Assembly (NCBI GenBank): GCA_964468845.1
Contig: CAYXWP010000002.1
Coordinates: forward strand, 1 to 37,005
Reading direction: 5' to 3'
Length of the DNA: 37,005 nt
From: an uncultured Candidatus Saccharibacteria bacterium
GTDB taxonomy: Bacteria; Patescibacteriota; Minisyncoccia; Phycocordibacterales; PALSA-1337
Part shown: piece after piece, positions 18,755 to 26,924 of the stretch
Layout of the letters: every line of letters starts with the position of its first letter
Position numbering within the stretch: the first letter of the stretch is position 1
Program-made: the position numbers and the translations under genes
The notes under the pieces: model-generated
The model's input: the letters and a program-made list of their open reading frames with translations, nothing else
Database searches by the model: none
What the model was told of the DNA's origin: nothing

Positions 18755-20914
18755 CTATTTCTTCTTTATGAAACTAGGATCAACTTGTTTAATTGAAAGG
18801 CTGATACGTCCACGTTCATCGATTTCTCTCACAATAACGGGAACACGCATTCCTTCTTTTATATAATCTGAAACTCGGTCTATTCTAAATGTGGCGATTT
18901 CTGAAACATGAACTAAGCCTTCAGTATTTCCTGCAATTCTTACGAATGCACCAAAGTCTGTAACCTTTGTTACTTCCCCTTCGAATTTCTCGCCTGCTTT
19001 GTATTCCCGGGTCATATTATAAATAACATCTTTTGCTTTTTGTGCAGTGCCATTTTTTCCTGTAATAAATATTGAGCCATCGTCCTCTATTGTAATATCT
19101 TCAACTCCAGTCTTCTCCTTGATTTCTTTTATTGTCTTACCACCTGTCCCAATAACAAGTCCAATCTGATCTTGCTTTACTCTTGTTGTTACTATTTCAG
19201 GCGCATTTGGTGAAATTTTCTCACGAGGCTTTGCAATTTCTTTTTCAATTAAATCTAGAATTTGAAGGCGAGCAACTTTTGCTTTTTCGAATGCTTCCTT
19301 AAGTATTTCAAGTGGGATGCCCGCAACCTTCACATCCATTTGTATTGCTGTTATTCCCTGTCTTGTTCCTGCAACTTTGAAATCCATATCGCCATGATGA
19401 TCTTCTGGCCCTTGAATATCTGTCAAAACTTTGTATTCATAATTTTTCTTTCCAAAAAGTTTACCCATCATTCCTGGCTTTGCTTCGCGCATCATAAGCC
19501 CAGATGCTATTCCTGCTACAGGTGCCTTTATTGGAATTCCTCCATCCATAAGTGCCAATGTAGAACCACAGACAGATCCCATTGATGTTGATCCATTCGA
19601 AGAAAACGCTTCAGACACAATACGAATTGTGTATGGGAATACATCCTTTGCTGGGATAATTGGAAGAAGGGCCTTTTCAGCGAGTGCTCCATGCCCGATC
19701 ATTCTACGATTTGTTCCGCCGACTCTCCCTGTTTCTCCAGTTGAAAATGGTGGGAAATTGTAATGATGCATGAAGCGCTTTCCATCCCCTCCCTTTTTTG
19801 ATTCTTCCATACCGTCAATTTCCTGTGCGTCTCCTGGGCCTCCTAGTGTAAGTACTGACATGACATGTGTTGCTCCTCTATAAAATATTCCAGAGCCATG
19901 AAGGATTGGAGAGACACCACCAGCCTTTACAAAAAGTGGACGTATTTCATCTAAACTTCTTCCGTCAGCACGCTTTTCGTTTTCAATTGCCTCCTTGTGT
20001 AGCAAAACATTTATTTCTTCATCAAGCAATTCTTGTGCAAGAACTAGATTGCCTTCTGGTAGTTTTTCTGAGAAAAGTTTTGTCCAAATATTTCCAATTT
20101 CGGCCATTTTTTCTTTTCCAGGTCCACTAAATACATAGGATGAAAGTTTTGGTTTTATTTCCGCATCAAAAAGTTCTTTTGCTCCTGCTGTAAGCTCGGG
20201 CTTTGGAATTATTTTTTTAACAATATTTCTCTCTTTTGAAATTTCAGCAATTATCATTTCTTGCCATTTCTGTATTTTGTCCATTTCCTCGCTAGCTTTC
20301 GCAAGTGCAGAGTTTACATCATCTTCACCTACTTCTTTGCCACCAACTTCAATCATGTTTATTAGACCATCTTTACCGCAAGCGACAAGGTCAAAAGATA
20401 TACCAGCTTCTTCGCGCTGTTTGTAATTTGGATTTATATGAAAACCCTCATTTTTTGCAATACGAATTGCAGAAGCAGGTCCATTCCAAGGAATATCTGA
20501 TGTTCCAAGTGCAAGTGATGCTGCGATTACAGAAACGATATCAGGATCATCTTCGTCAATAGAAAGTACAGTCAATACAACTTGTACTTCAAAACGAATA
20601 TGCTGTTCAAAGAGTGGACGAATAGTTCTATCCACAATTCTTCCAGAAAGAATAGCTTCATCACTTGGCCTTCCCTCTCTTCGGATAAATCTACTTCCTA
20701 ATATTTTCCCTGAAGCATAGAATCTTTCTTCATAGTCAACAGTAAGAGGAAAAAAGTCTCCTTTCTTTTCTTCCTTACCCATTACGGCAGTTGCGAGTAC
20801 AACTGTGTTCCCATACCTCATCATCACCGAGCCATTAGCTTGTTCTGCTAAATCATTAAACTCTGCTATGAGTGTCTTACCACCGACCTCAAGGGTGTAT
20901 TGTTTGGATTTCAT
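18755..20914 (-). CDS. pnp: Polyribonucleotide nucleotidyltransferase (PNPase)
   Basis: 719 aa with two RNase PH-like halves, a KH region (IGLVIGTGGKTIKEI) and an S1 region (GAFVRIAGNTEGLVHVSEI). Confidence 0.95.
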   Translation of the reverse strand: MKSKQYTLEVGGKTLIAEFNDLAEQANGSVMMRYGNTVVLATAVMGKEEKKGDFFPLTVDYEERFYASGKILGSRFIRREGRPSDEAILSGRIVDRTIRPLFEQHIRFEVQVVLTVLSIDEDDPDIVSVIAASLALGTSDIPWNGPASAIRIAKNEGFHINPNYKQREEAGISFDLVACGKDGLINMIEVGGKEVGEDDVNSALAKASEEMDKIQKWQEMIIAEISKERNIVKKIIPKPELTAGAKELFDAEIKPKLSSYVFSGPGKEKMAEIGNIWTKLFSEKLPEGNLVLAQELLDEEINVLLHKEAIENEKRADGRSLDEIRPLFVKAGGVSPILHGSGIFYRGATHVMSVLTLGGPGDAQEIDGMEESKKGGDGKRFMHHYNFPPFSTGETGRVGGTNRRMIGHGALAEKALLPIIPAKDVFPYTIRIVSEAFSSNGSTSMGSVCGSTLALMDGGIPIKAPVAGIASGLMMREAKPGMMGKLFGKKNYEYKVLTDIQGPEDHHGDMDFKVAGTRQGITAIQMDVKVAGIPLEILKEAFEKAKVARLQILDLIEKEIAKPREKISPNAPEIVTTRVKQDQIGLVIGTGGKTIKEIKEKTGVEDITIEDDGSIFITGKNGTAQKAKDVIYNMTREYKAGEKFEGEVTKVTDFGAFVRIAGNTEGLVHVSEIATFRIDRVSDYIKEGMRVPVIVREIDERGRISLSIKQVDPSFIKKK

Positions 20915-20920
20915 ATGTAT

Positions 20921-20929
20921 AGTTTAACA
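20921..20929 (-). promoter_or_regulatory. Extended -10 (TGtTAAACT) 6 nt upstream of the pnp ATG
   Basis: The minus strand reads TGTTAAACT followed by atacat and then ATG (20914). Confidence 0.5.
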
Positions 20930-20954
20930 GAATGTGGAGTGGGATGCACTTGTT

Positions 20955-20991
20955 ATAAAAAGTTAACCCCGTCGATTGCTCGAGCGGGGTT
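20955..20991 (-). terminator. Intrinsic terminator downstream of the radical SAM gene
   Basis: AACCCCG-(13 nt loop)-CGGGGTT forms a 7-bp GC-rich stem. On the minus strand it is followed by AACTTTTTAT. Confidence 0.65.
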
Positions 20992-21041
20992 GAAGTTTTA
21001 CGCTTCTGCTAGTTGGCAGACTTCATAAGCGTTTGGCAGAC

Positions 21042-22289
21042 CTACTGCCGTAAGACCCTTTCTCTAACCTCTCCGTAGAAACTTCGAGGAAGGGAGATTC
21101 CGTCTTTGACGCACCCATTGTTAAATTTGCTGATGCTGTAGTTTTTGCTGGTCTTCCAGATTTCAGCAAGGGGTGTAGTGCGAACATTTGGGTGAACCAC
21201 GAAGTCAGGTGTGTCGTTGCCAGGACAGCGCCACACCTCTCCGTCATAATGGACGTATAGTCCATGCGTGAGTTGATTGCATGGTGCAACCCCGATGTAG
21301 GGATGAGGCCCTTCATCTTTGAACTGTTCAAGACTCATCACACCTCGCTTTATCGCCCAGGTATAGATTTCCACAGCGAGGTCCTTGTAATCCCTTTCAA
21401 ACTTCTCGTCCCTCGCTCTTTTTATACCGCAATGCCCTTTTCCTGAATCCATTGTCGGCGGGAGATAGACAGGGATATTTCTTTCGGCTCCCCATTTATA
21501 TATCTCTCCAACACTTGCAACGTTTTGGAAGGTGACAGGACTTGAGATGATGGCAATGCGAGGTTTTTCCAAGTCGGCATTCATACCAGCTCCAGCTAGG
21601 CGTTCTAGCCCTAGATTTCTGGCGGCGTGATAGTCAAATGGGAATGGGAACTCTTTTTTGTTCTGAGGGATGAAGAGATTCTCTAGACGAGGATCAAATG
21701 TCCTTCCACCGACGAGGAACCGTACGTTTGGATATGACACTAGTCGCCTCGTAAACTCCTCTGAGCTCATTCCATAGTAGTGCTGTGCAAGGTCATCACT
21801 CCCGAACACAGCCCCTTTGGTAAAGATGAGTAGGATGATGTCTCGCCTTGCAAAACCCTCAAGTATTTCGAAGATTTGTGGGTTTATCGTGAGTTCCCCC
21901 GGTCCAAGAAACTTACTGCTTTCGGCACCAAGTTCCTTTGCCTGATCCAGGACGTTCCAGATTTCAGCGAGCGTCATGATTGGGTTTTTCACGGTGGCTT
22001 CGTTGAAACAGAGTGGGCATCCGTGTATGCAAGGGTAATTGTCCCTGAAAGTTTTCTCCGCCTCTTGCAACGGGGCAGAATTAACTTTTTTTGCAAATCC
22101 TTCATGGGGAATATTGAGGTCAATGGTGAGCATTTTCTTAATCTTCTCACCTTTGCTCATAACCGTTTCAATATTCTGGCAGCGGCTTTTTTCAAAGCTC
22201 CAGCCATGGACCATTCGAGCGGTCCCCCACTCTGGAAGCATGTGTTTCGGGGGGAGATTAGCGGGGATGTTAGGAAATTGATTATTCAT
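21042..22289 (-). CDS. Radical SAM enzyme with a Cys-containing (twitch/SPASM-like) C-terminal region; substrate unknown
   Basis: CxxxCxxC motif is PCIHGCPLCFN, followed by FLGPGELTINP. C-terminal Cys residues occur in APCNQLTHGLYVHYDGEVWRCPGN and NNGCVKDG. The start is uncertain: ATG 22289 was chosen, with GTG 22370 or ATG 22160 as alternatives. Confidence 0.8.
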   Translation of the reverse strand: MNNQFPNIPANLPPKHMLPEWGTARMVHGWSFEKSRCQNIETVMSKGEKIKKMLTIDLNIPHEGFAKKVNSAPLQEAEKTFRDNYPCIHGCPLCFNEATVKNPIMTLAEIWNVLDQAKELGAESSKFLGPGELTINPQIFEILEGFARRDIILLIFTKGAVFGSDDLAQHYYGMSSEEFTRRLVSYPNVRFLVGGRTFDPRLENLFIPQNKKEFPFPFDYHAARNLGLERLAGAGMNADLEKPRIAIISSPVTFQNVASVGEIYKWGAERNIPVYLPPTMDSGKGHCGIKRARDEKFERDYKDLAVEIYTWAIKRGVMSLEQFKDEGPHPYIGVAPCNQLTHGLYVHYDGEVWRCPGNDTPDFVVHPNVRTTPLAEIWKTSKNYSISKFNNGCVKDGISLPRSFYGEVRERVLRQ

Positions 22290-22369
22290 AGCGGGGGTAC
22301 ATCTATTTTGTGAAGAAAATCTGTAAAGACCTTCTAATTCCCATTGCGGGAATCGACCACATTGCCTCA

Positions 22370-22425
22370 CTCGATAGATGAATGGTGGGCCTCATGAGTT
22401 TTTTGCCCACCTCCCATCTATCGAG
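22370..22425 (-). promoter_or_regulatory. Long interrupted hairpin in the radical SAM leader
   Basis: CTCGATAGATG-aat-GGTGGGC-(14 nt loop)-GCCCACC-tcc-CATCTATCGAG gives 11+7 bp with a 3x3 internal loop. No U-tract follows. Confidence 0.6.
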
Positions 22426-22438
22426 AGGATGTCCTCTC
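22423..22438. promoter_or_regulatory. 16-nt DNA palindrome GAGAGGAtgTCCTCTC (possible operator)
   Basis: Perfect 7+7 inverted repeat with a 2-nt spacer. That is too tight for an RNA hairpin, so it is more consistent with a dimeric protein-binding site. Confidence 0.3.
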
Positions 22439-22488
22439 TATTAACCTTAACAAAGGTTTTCAATGAACTCACTTGACTTTCTAGTATT

Positions 22489-22517
22489 AATATATCATAG
22501 CTTGTAGATGATGTCAA
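22489..22517 (-). promoter_or_regulatory. Sigma-70-type promoter TTGACA-17-(TGa)TATATT driving the radical SAM leader
   Basis: On the minus strand the -35 TTGACA is at 22517-22512 and the -10 TATATT is at 22494-22489, with a 17-nt spacer. It implies a roughly 190-nt leader. Confidence 0.6.
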
Positions 22518-22598
22518 TAATATTTATCATAAATTGCATCAATATATCCTTATTTATCAGTCTATTATTGAGTATACGTATATTTCTGTGGGAAAAAA

Positions 22599-22627
22599 TT
22601 GACACAAATATGATACGGGCGTATACT
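22599..22627 (+). promoter_or_regulatory. Promoter TTGACA-17-TATACT, 8 nt upstream of the ATG of TrmB-like regulator 1
   Basis: Read directly: the -35 is at 22599-22604, the -10 at 22622-22627 and the ATG at 22636. Confidence 0.65.
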
Positions 22628-22635
22628 TAAGACAT

Positions 22636-23415
22636 ATGAAAGAAAACAGCGAACTAAAATTAGCACTACAGTCCTTAGACTTTAGTGAGAAGGAGGCGAC
22701 AGTATATATAGCTATTCTAGAGCTCGGAAAAGGTACCGTGTCTCAAATATCCAGAAAGGCAGGGATAAACCGTACAACTGGGTACGAAATATTAGATTCC
22801 CTGATAAATAAAGGAATTGTTAATCTATCTGGAAAAGAACCCAAGACTGAATATGCGGTTGAGCCACCAGAAGCCCTAGTCACATATTTTAAAAAGGAAG
22901 CTGATCTTGCCAAAGAAAGAATTAATAAGACACAAAGTCTCTCCCCTCAATTATTAAGGGTATATGCAACACAAGATCGCCCTCGAATAAAATTTTATGA
23001 AGGAATTGAGGGATTAAAACATGTTTATGAGGATACGCTTACAAGTTCTGAAACTATTCTTGCGTATGCTTCAGTGGAGGACGTAAATAGCGGTATTCCA
23101 AATTATTTTCCGGAGTATTTCAAGAGAAGGTCAGCAAAAAATATTCATATTCGTGCAATTTTTCCAGAAACACCATTAGCCTATGAGCGTTCAGCTTTGG
23201 ATATGGATGAAAAAAGAGAAAGCCTCCTAGTGCCTTTTGATAAGTACAACTTTACTCCAGAAATAAATATATATGACAACAAAATAATGATTGCCTCATG
23301 GAAAGAAAAACTTGGAATAATCATAGAGAGTAAAGAGATCGCTGATGTTATGAAGAAGATATATGGTTTAGCTTGGGAAGAAGCGAAAAGATTAAACGCC
23401 TTGCTGAGACCTTAG
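22636..23415 (+). CDS. TrmB-family transcriptional regulator (paralogue 1)
   Basis: 259 aa. The N-terminal winged HTH reads LQSLDFSEKEATVYIAILELGKGTVSQISRKAGINRTTGYEILDSLINKGIV. Confidence 0.8.
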   Translation: MKENSELKLALQSLDFSEKEATVYIAILELGKGTVSQISRKAGINRTTGYEILDSLINKGIVNLSGKEPKTEYAVEPPEALVTYFKKEADLAKERINKTQSLSPQLLRVYATQDRPRIKFYEGIEGLKHVYEDTLTSSETILAYASVEDVNSGIPNYFPEYFKRRSAKNIHIRAIFPETPLAYERSALDMDEKRESLLVPFDKYNFTPEINIYDNKIMIASWKEKLGIIIESKEIADVMKKIYGLAWEEAKRLNALLRP

Positions 23416-23440
23416 CAACGGGAATCGTGGTTGCTATTTG
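23413..23440 (+). terminator. Hairpin between the convergent TrmB-like genes
   Basis: TAGCAAC-(10 nt loop)-GTTGCTA followed by TTTG. The stem includes the TAG stop codon. Confidence 0.45.
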
Positions 23441-23451
23441 CACTGCCTCCC

Positions 23452-24261
23452 TTATTCCTTTATCAACCTCGACTGCCACGATAGCTCAAAAATCATTTTC
23501 ATTATTTTTTGTATAGACGCATCCTCTATGACTGTTCCCACCATTTTATCCTTTTCAAAGTTAACTATTGAAACCTTTTTGTCACCATAAATAGTAATTT
23601 CACCGAGCGTTGAGCTAGGGAAAAATTGATTTGGGACAAAGCGTAGATTTGGCACAGCTTTTTTATCTACGTCACTATAACGTTTGCTGTTAAATGCCCT
23701 GTTTTCTGGGGTATCAGATAGTATTCCTCTTGTTGTTATCCCAATCCTCTCTTTTGTTCTTACATAATTATCAAAAAACTTTTTTGGTAAAAGAGTAATC
23801 AATTCATGCGCATTCGCCCAAGCTAGCATTTCATATGGTTTTTTTACTGAAATATGGTCCTCATATATTTGCAGAACGCCATCCTCCTTTTCGTAATACG
23901 TGATTTTTGGTTTTTCCTCAAATAATCCATATAAATTTTCTATGTCAGGGAGGATTCCCTTTATTGTTTCTAATGCATCTTCGGATTGTCTTATTTTACT
24001 CTCATTATATTTAATTAACTTTTGAGGTCTTTCTATTTGATAAAAAAGTTTATTTTTATTCTCCACCTCGTTTATTAACCCCCTTACAGAAAGGTTTAGA
24101 AGTATTTTATACACAGTACTTCTGTTTAATGAGGTGTATTCAGCTATTCTAGAAGGAAAAGCTCCGCCAAGTTCAAGCAGTGCAAGATACACAAGTGCCT
24201 CTTTGTCGTTTAACCCTGATTTTCCAAGCTTATTTAACAAAATAGTGTTTTTTATGTTCAT
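23452..24261 (-). CDS. TrmB-family transcriptional regulator (paralogue 2)
   Basis: The wHTH reads LGKSGLNDKEALVYLALLELGGAFPSRIAEYTSLNRSTVYKILLNLSVRGLI. The start was moved to MNIKNTI (24261) because a promoter -10 sits 6 nt upstream. Confidence 0.8.
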   Translation of the reverse strand: MNIKNTILLNKLGKSGLNDKEALVYLALLELGGAFPSRIAEYTSLNRSTVYKILLNLSVRGLINEVENKNKLFYQIERPQKLIKYNESKIRQSEDALETIKGILPDIENLYGLFEEKPKITYYEKEDGVLQIYEDHISVKKPYEMLAWANAHELITLLPKKFFDNYVRTKERIGITTRGILSDTPENRAFNSKRYSDVDKKAVPNLRFVPNQFFPSSTLGEITIYGDKKVSIVNFEKDKMVGTVIEDASIQKIMKMIFELSWQSRLIKE

Positions 24262-24267
24262 ATTGAC

Positions 24268-24296
24268 AGTATAGGATTTTGAGGTGTATTTGTCAA
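24268..24296 (-). promoter_or_regulatory. Promoter TTGACA-17-TATACT, 6 nt upstream of the ATG of TrmB-like regulator 2
   Basis: The minus strand reads TTGACA aatacacctcaaaatcc TATACT gtcaat ATG. Confidence 0.65.
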
Positions 24297-24448
24297 CTTT
24301 TACGAACAAAAAAATGTAGTATGGATAAATACGGCTTAATAAAGCTATATAATTTAATAATATTGATAATGATTTAGCACAATCTGCATAAATTATGACA
24401 TAATTTCTCTGTTAGTAAATAGTAAATTATCACTTAATTATCAAAAAT

Positions 24449-25537
24449 ATGAATAGAAAAATTGCAGGAATTATTGTTATTGCACTGGTGGTGCTTGGGG
24501 CAATAATTATAAAAAATAATGAAGACAAAAAGGACATGGCAAGTAGACCAGTTGTAAAAATCGGAATTGCACTTCCCTTAGCTGGTAATGCAGCAGTATT
24601 AGGCGAAGCCTCAAAAAGGGCTTCGGAATTAGCGTTGAGAGATGTAGGAAACACGAAATATAAATATGAGCTTGTTTTTGAAGACCAACAGTTCAACCCA
24701 GTTGTTGCGGCTTCGGTCGCAAATAAGCTGATAAATGTTGATAAAGTGTTGGCTATACTGAACTTTGGTTCAGGTACTGGAGGTGCAATTAGCCCTATTA
24801 CAGAAAAAGCAAAAGTGGTGCACTTCTCTACGGCCTCTGACCCAACTGTCGCCAAAGGTGAATATAACTATATCCACTGGACTCCCCCATTTAAAGAAGG
24901 TGAATTACTTGCAAAAGAATTAGTAAGAAGGGGATATAAAAAAATATCAATAATTGATACAAATCACCCAGGTACACTTGCTGTAAGTAACGCAATTAAG
25001 GATTCGTTAAAAGGTTCTGATGTCGAAATTTCATCTTATGATCTTACAAATGTTGGAGATAAAGATTTCAGAACGACAATAAATAAGTTAAAGAAATTAA
25101 ATCCGGACATCATAGTTTTGGAAATGTTCTCACCTGAAGTAGAAATAATGGCCAGACAAATGAACGAGCTGGGATTAAAAGTACCTCTTACTTCCGTTGA
25201 AACTTTTGAATGGAGTGATGACACAAAGTTGTTTGAAGGAGACTGGTTTATTTCAGACGCTCTTACTCCTGGGTTCACAGAAAGATACAAATTTGCTTAC
25301 GGGTTAGATCCAAAGCCTGGTTCGGCATATTTCTACGATCTCGTAACTTTCCTGATTAAAATTCAAGAAAATTCAAAGGAACCAATACAGGCCAAGGATT
25401 TGCCTGGAATTATAAACAAGATGGGAGAATATGATTCAAATGTCTTTGGCAAGATTAAGATAGATAAGGATGGATTCTTTATAACTGAAGCCTCAGTAAA
25501 AATTATGAAGAATGGCAAAGCGGAATTCGTGAACTAA
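24449..25537 (+). CDS. Membrane-anchored ABC-type substrate-binding protein, Leu/Ile/Val-binding (type 1 PBP) family
   Basis: 362 aa with an N-terminal TM segment, then KIGIALPLAGNAAVLGEASKRASELALRDV, typical of LivJ-like binding proteins. No permease or ATPase gene is adjacent. Confidence 0.78.
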   Translation: MNRKIAGIIVIALVVLGAIIIKNNEDKKDMASRPVVKIGIALPLAGNAAVLGEASKRASELALRDVGNTKYKYELVFEDQQFNPVVAASVANKLINVDKVLAILNFGSGTGGAISPITEKAKVVHFSTASDPTVAKGEYNYIHWTPPFKEGELLAKELVRRGYKKISIIDTNHPGTLAVSNAIKDSLKGSDVEISSYDLTNVGDKDFRTTINKLKKLNPDIIVLEMFSPEVEIMARQMNELGLKVPLTSVETFEWSDDTKLFEGDWFISDALTPGFTERYKFAYGLDPKPGSAYFYDLVTFLIKIQENSKEPIQAKDLPGIINKMGEYDSNVFGKIKIDKDGFFITEASVKIMKNGKAEFVN

Positions 25538-25582
25538 AAATATTGCAAATAGTAAAACCTGACCAAAAACTGGTCACAAAAC

Positions 25583-25613
25583 AAAAAGTCCCCTATTGGG
25601 GATTTTTTGTTTA
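25583..25613. terminator. Bidirectional intrinsic terminator
   Basis: AAAAA-GTCCCC-tatt-GGGGAT-TTTTTGTTT. It lies between the convergent SBP gene and the 91-aa ORF. Confidence 0.7.
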
Positions 25614-25657
25614 TAACTATGTATTTGCAACACTAATAAAGCAATCAGAGATCTTGA

Positions 25658-25933
25658 TTATTGGTCATTTTGATCATAATAATGGCTTTTCTGTGACACT
25701 TGCAAAGGTTCTTTTTGATAAGGTTCATTCAGCCATGACTGATCGTTCGGACGATGTAAATACATGAATTTTACTATTGCAATAAATTCTTCGTCTACCT
25801 CATCAGAAAAAAGTACTTTAAGGATTAGATTCATTTCTTCATCATCCATTCTCCCCTCTTCACGCATTTTGAGTAAGAGATTTATTACATTTGTGGTCTC
25901 ATTTTTAATTATTTTTTTCTTTATTTTCTTCAT
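25658..25933 (-). CDS. Small hypothetical protein (Lys-rich N-terminus, acidic core)
   Basis: 91-aa ORF with a TAATAT -10-like hexamer 8 nt upstream of the ATG. No recognisable motif. Confidence 0.45.
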   Translation of the reverse strand: MKKIKKKIIKNETTNVINLLLKMREEGRMDDEEMNLILKVLFSDEVDEEFIAIVKFMYLHRPNDQSWLNEPYQKEPLQVSQKSHYYDQNDQ

Positions 25934-25969
25934 ACTTTTGAATATTAGATTAATTTGTAATGATAGCTA

Positions 25970-26794
25970 TTATCTATTCTTCAGTATTTTGGCTTTGGGC
26001 AAAAAATTCTCTTTTTCGATCACTCCCTTTTTAGTTCTATTCTCAATATCCTTTCTTGTTTTTCCAGCCACTTCTCCACCCTCCTCGGCATCTTTTTGTA
26101 ATTTTTCAAATTCACGAGAGTCTCTATCTTGTGTCAGTTTTGTTGTCGTCGCCTCACCAAGCATGGTTAAAATAAGTTCGATGTCGTTCATATGATCACG
26201 AAGATTATTTTCCTTACTCAAAGATTTATGTTTTTTATACTCCTGAGCAGTCATATCAAACGTACCCTTATATATTTCATCGGTAAGAATTGCAAATTCA
26301 ATACCTTTTTTAACCCCTCTATTTTTCCATTCATCTGTTAAACTATGTCGAACATTTATTCCTCTCATTCTTCTATCAATCCACTCTTTTGGATATCCTT
26401 TCCTTTCATAAATAGCTTTTGCACGGTCCATAGCGAGTTCTGGGTCTTGAATTTCTTCAAGTCTCTCAGTACCTACTCTAGCCAACCACAATCGTATCGG
26501 TTCTGCTTTTGGAGATGGAATAGATTGAATTATTCGAAAAATTCCTTCCAGATTTGCACAGCTCATTTTTTGTTTGCCACCTTTTGTTGGTACGTCAAGG
26601 GTAGGTACAATTTGTACCCACCCTTTGCTGAGCTCCTCATCTCTTTCTTTCATTCTCTTTACATACTGTTTAGGATCATTCGAGTCTATTAAAGCCAAGA
26701 CAACATCTTCAACGACAAAATACCACATTTCATTATGCCAAACTTTTCTGATTTCCTTCCCCTCAAACAATGCAATATCTTTTATTTCATTCAT
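25970..26794 (-). CDS. Bro-N domain protein (phage antirepressor-like)
   Basis: 274 aa. The N-terminus FEGKEIRKVWHNEMWYFVVEDVVLAL is Bro-N-like, followed by IQSIPSPKAEPIRLWLA and NLRDHMNDIELILTMLGE. Confidence 0.65.
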   Translation of the reverse strand: MNEIKDIALFEGKEIRKVWHNEMWYFVVEDVVLALIDSNDPKQYVKRMKERDEELSKGWVQIVPTLDVPTKGGKQKMSCANLEGIFRIIQSIPSPKAEPIRLWLARVGTERLEEIQDPELAMDRAKAIYERKGYPKEWIDRRMRGINVRHSLTDEWKNRGVKKGIEFAILTDEIYKGTFDMTAQEYKKHKSLSKENNLRDHMNDIELILTMLGEATTTKLTQDRDSREFEKLQKDAEEGGEVAGKTRKDIENRTKKGVIEKENFLPKAKILKNR

Positions 26795-26852
26795 ATTTTA
26801 TATAGATTAAATTGATAATTAGAGTTTTAATATAAAACTAGTATAACAAACG

Positions 26853-26888
26853 AAAAGACCTTGGGAACTTCCATCCCAAAGTCTTTTA
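26853..26888 (-). terminator. Intrinsic terminator downstream of the NYN gene
   Basis: AGACCTTGGGA-acttcca-TCCCAAAGTCT pairs at 10 of 11 positions. It has an A-tract on the 5' side, and TTTTCGTTTGTT follows on the minus strand. Confidence 0.6.
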
Positions 26889-26924
26889 AGTCATAATGAA
26901 GAAAATTTACATTTTCCTTGTCTC

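Noticed and set aside
21013-21041. Direct repeat TTGGCAGAC x2 (20 nt apart) just past the radical SAM stop as a target-site duplication
   Set aside because: Both copies lie at the same end of the GC-rich island, and I found no matching copy at the other boundary near 22440. The second copy also forms part of a small hairpin (GGCAG-accta-CTGCC).
21023-21331. 102-aa ORF overlapping the 3' end of the radical SAM gene in another frame
   Set aside because: It lies out of frame on the same strand within a gene that has clear radical SAM motifs, and long spurious ORFs are expected in the GC-rich island.
24430-24855. 141-aa minus-strand ORF overlapping the 5' part of the solute-binding protein gene
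   Set aside because: It is antisense to a CDS with clear family motifs. Its product is low-complexity with no motif, promoter or start context. The same reasoning applies to other shadow ORFs in the track, for example 762-971, 1047-1292, 2475-2957, 5717-6067, 16142-16495, 19262-19585, 21876-22313, 25764-26195, 26345-26692, 35026-35394 and 35629-36111.
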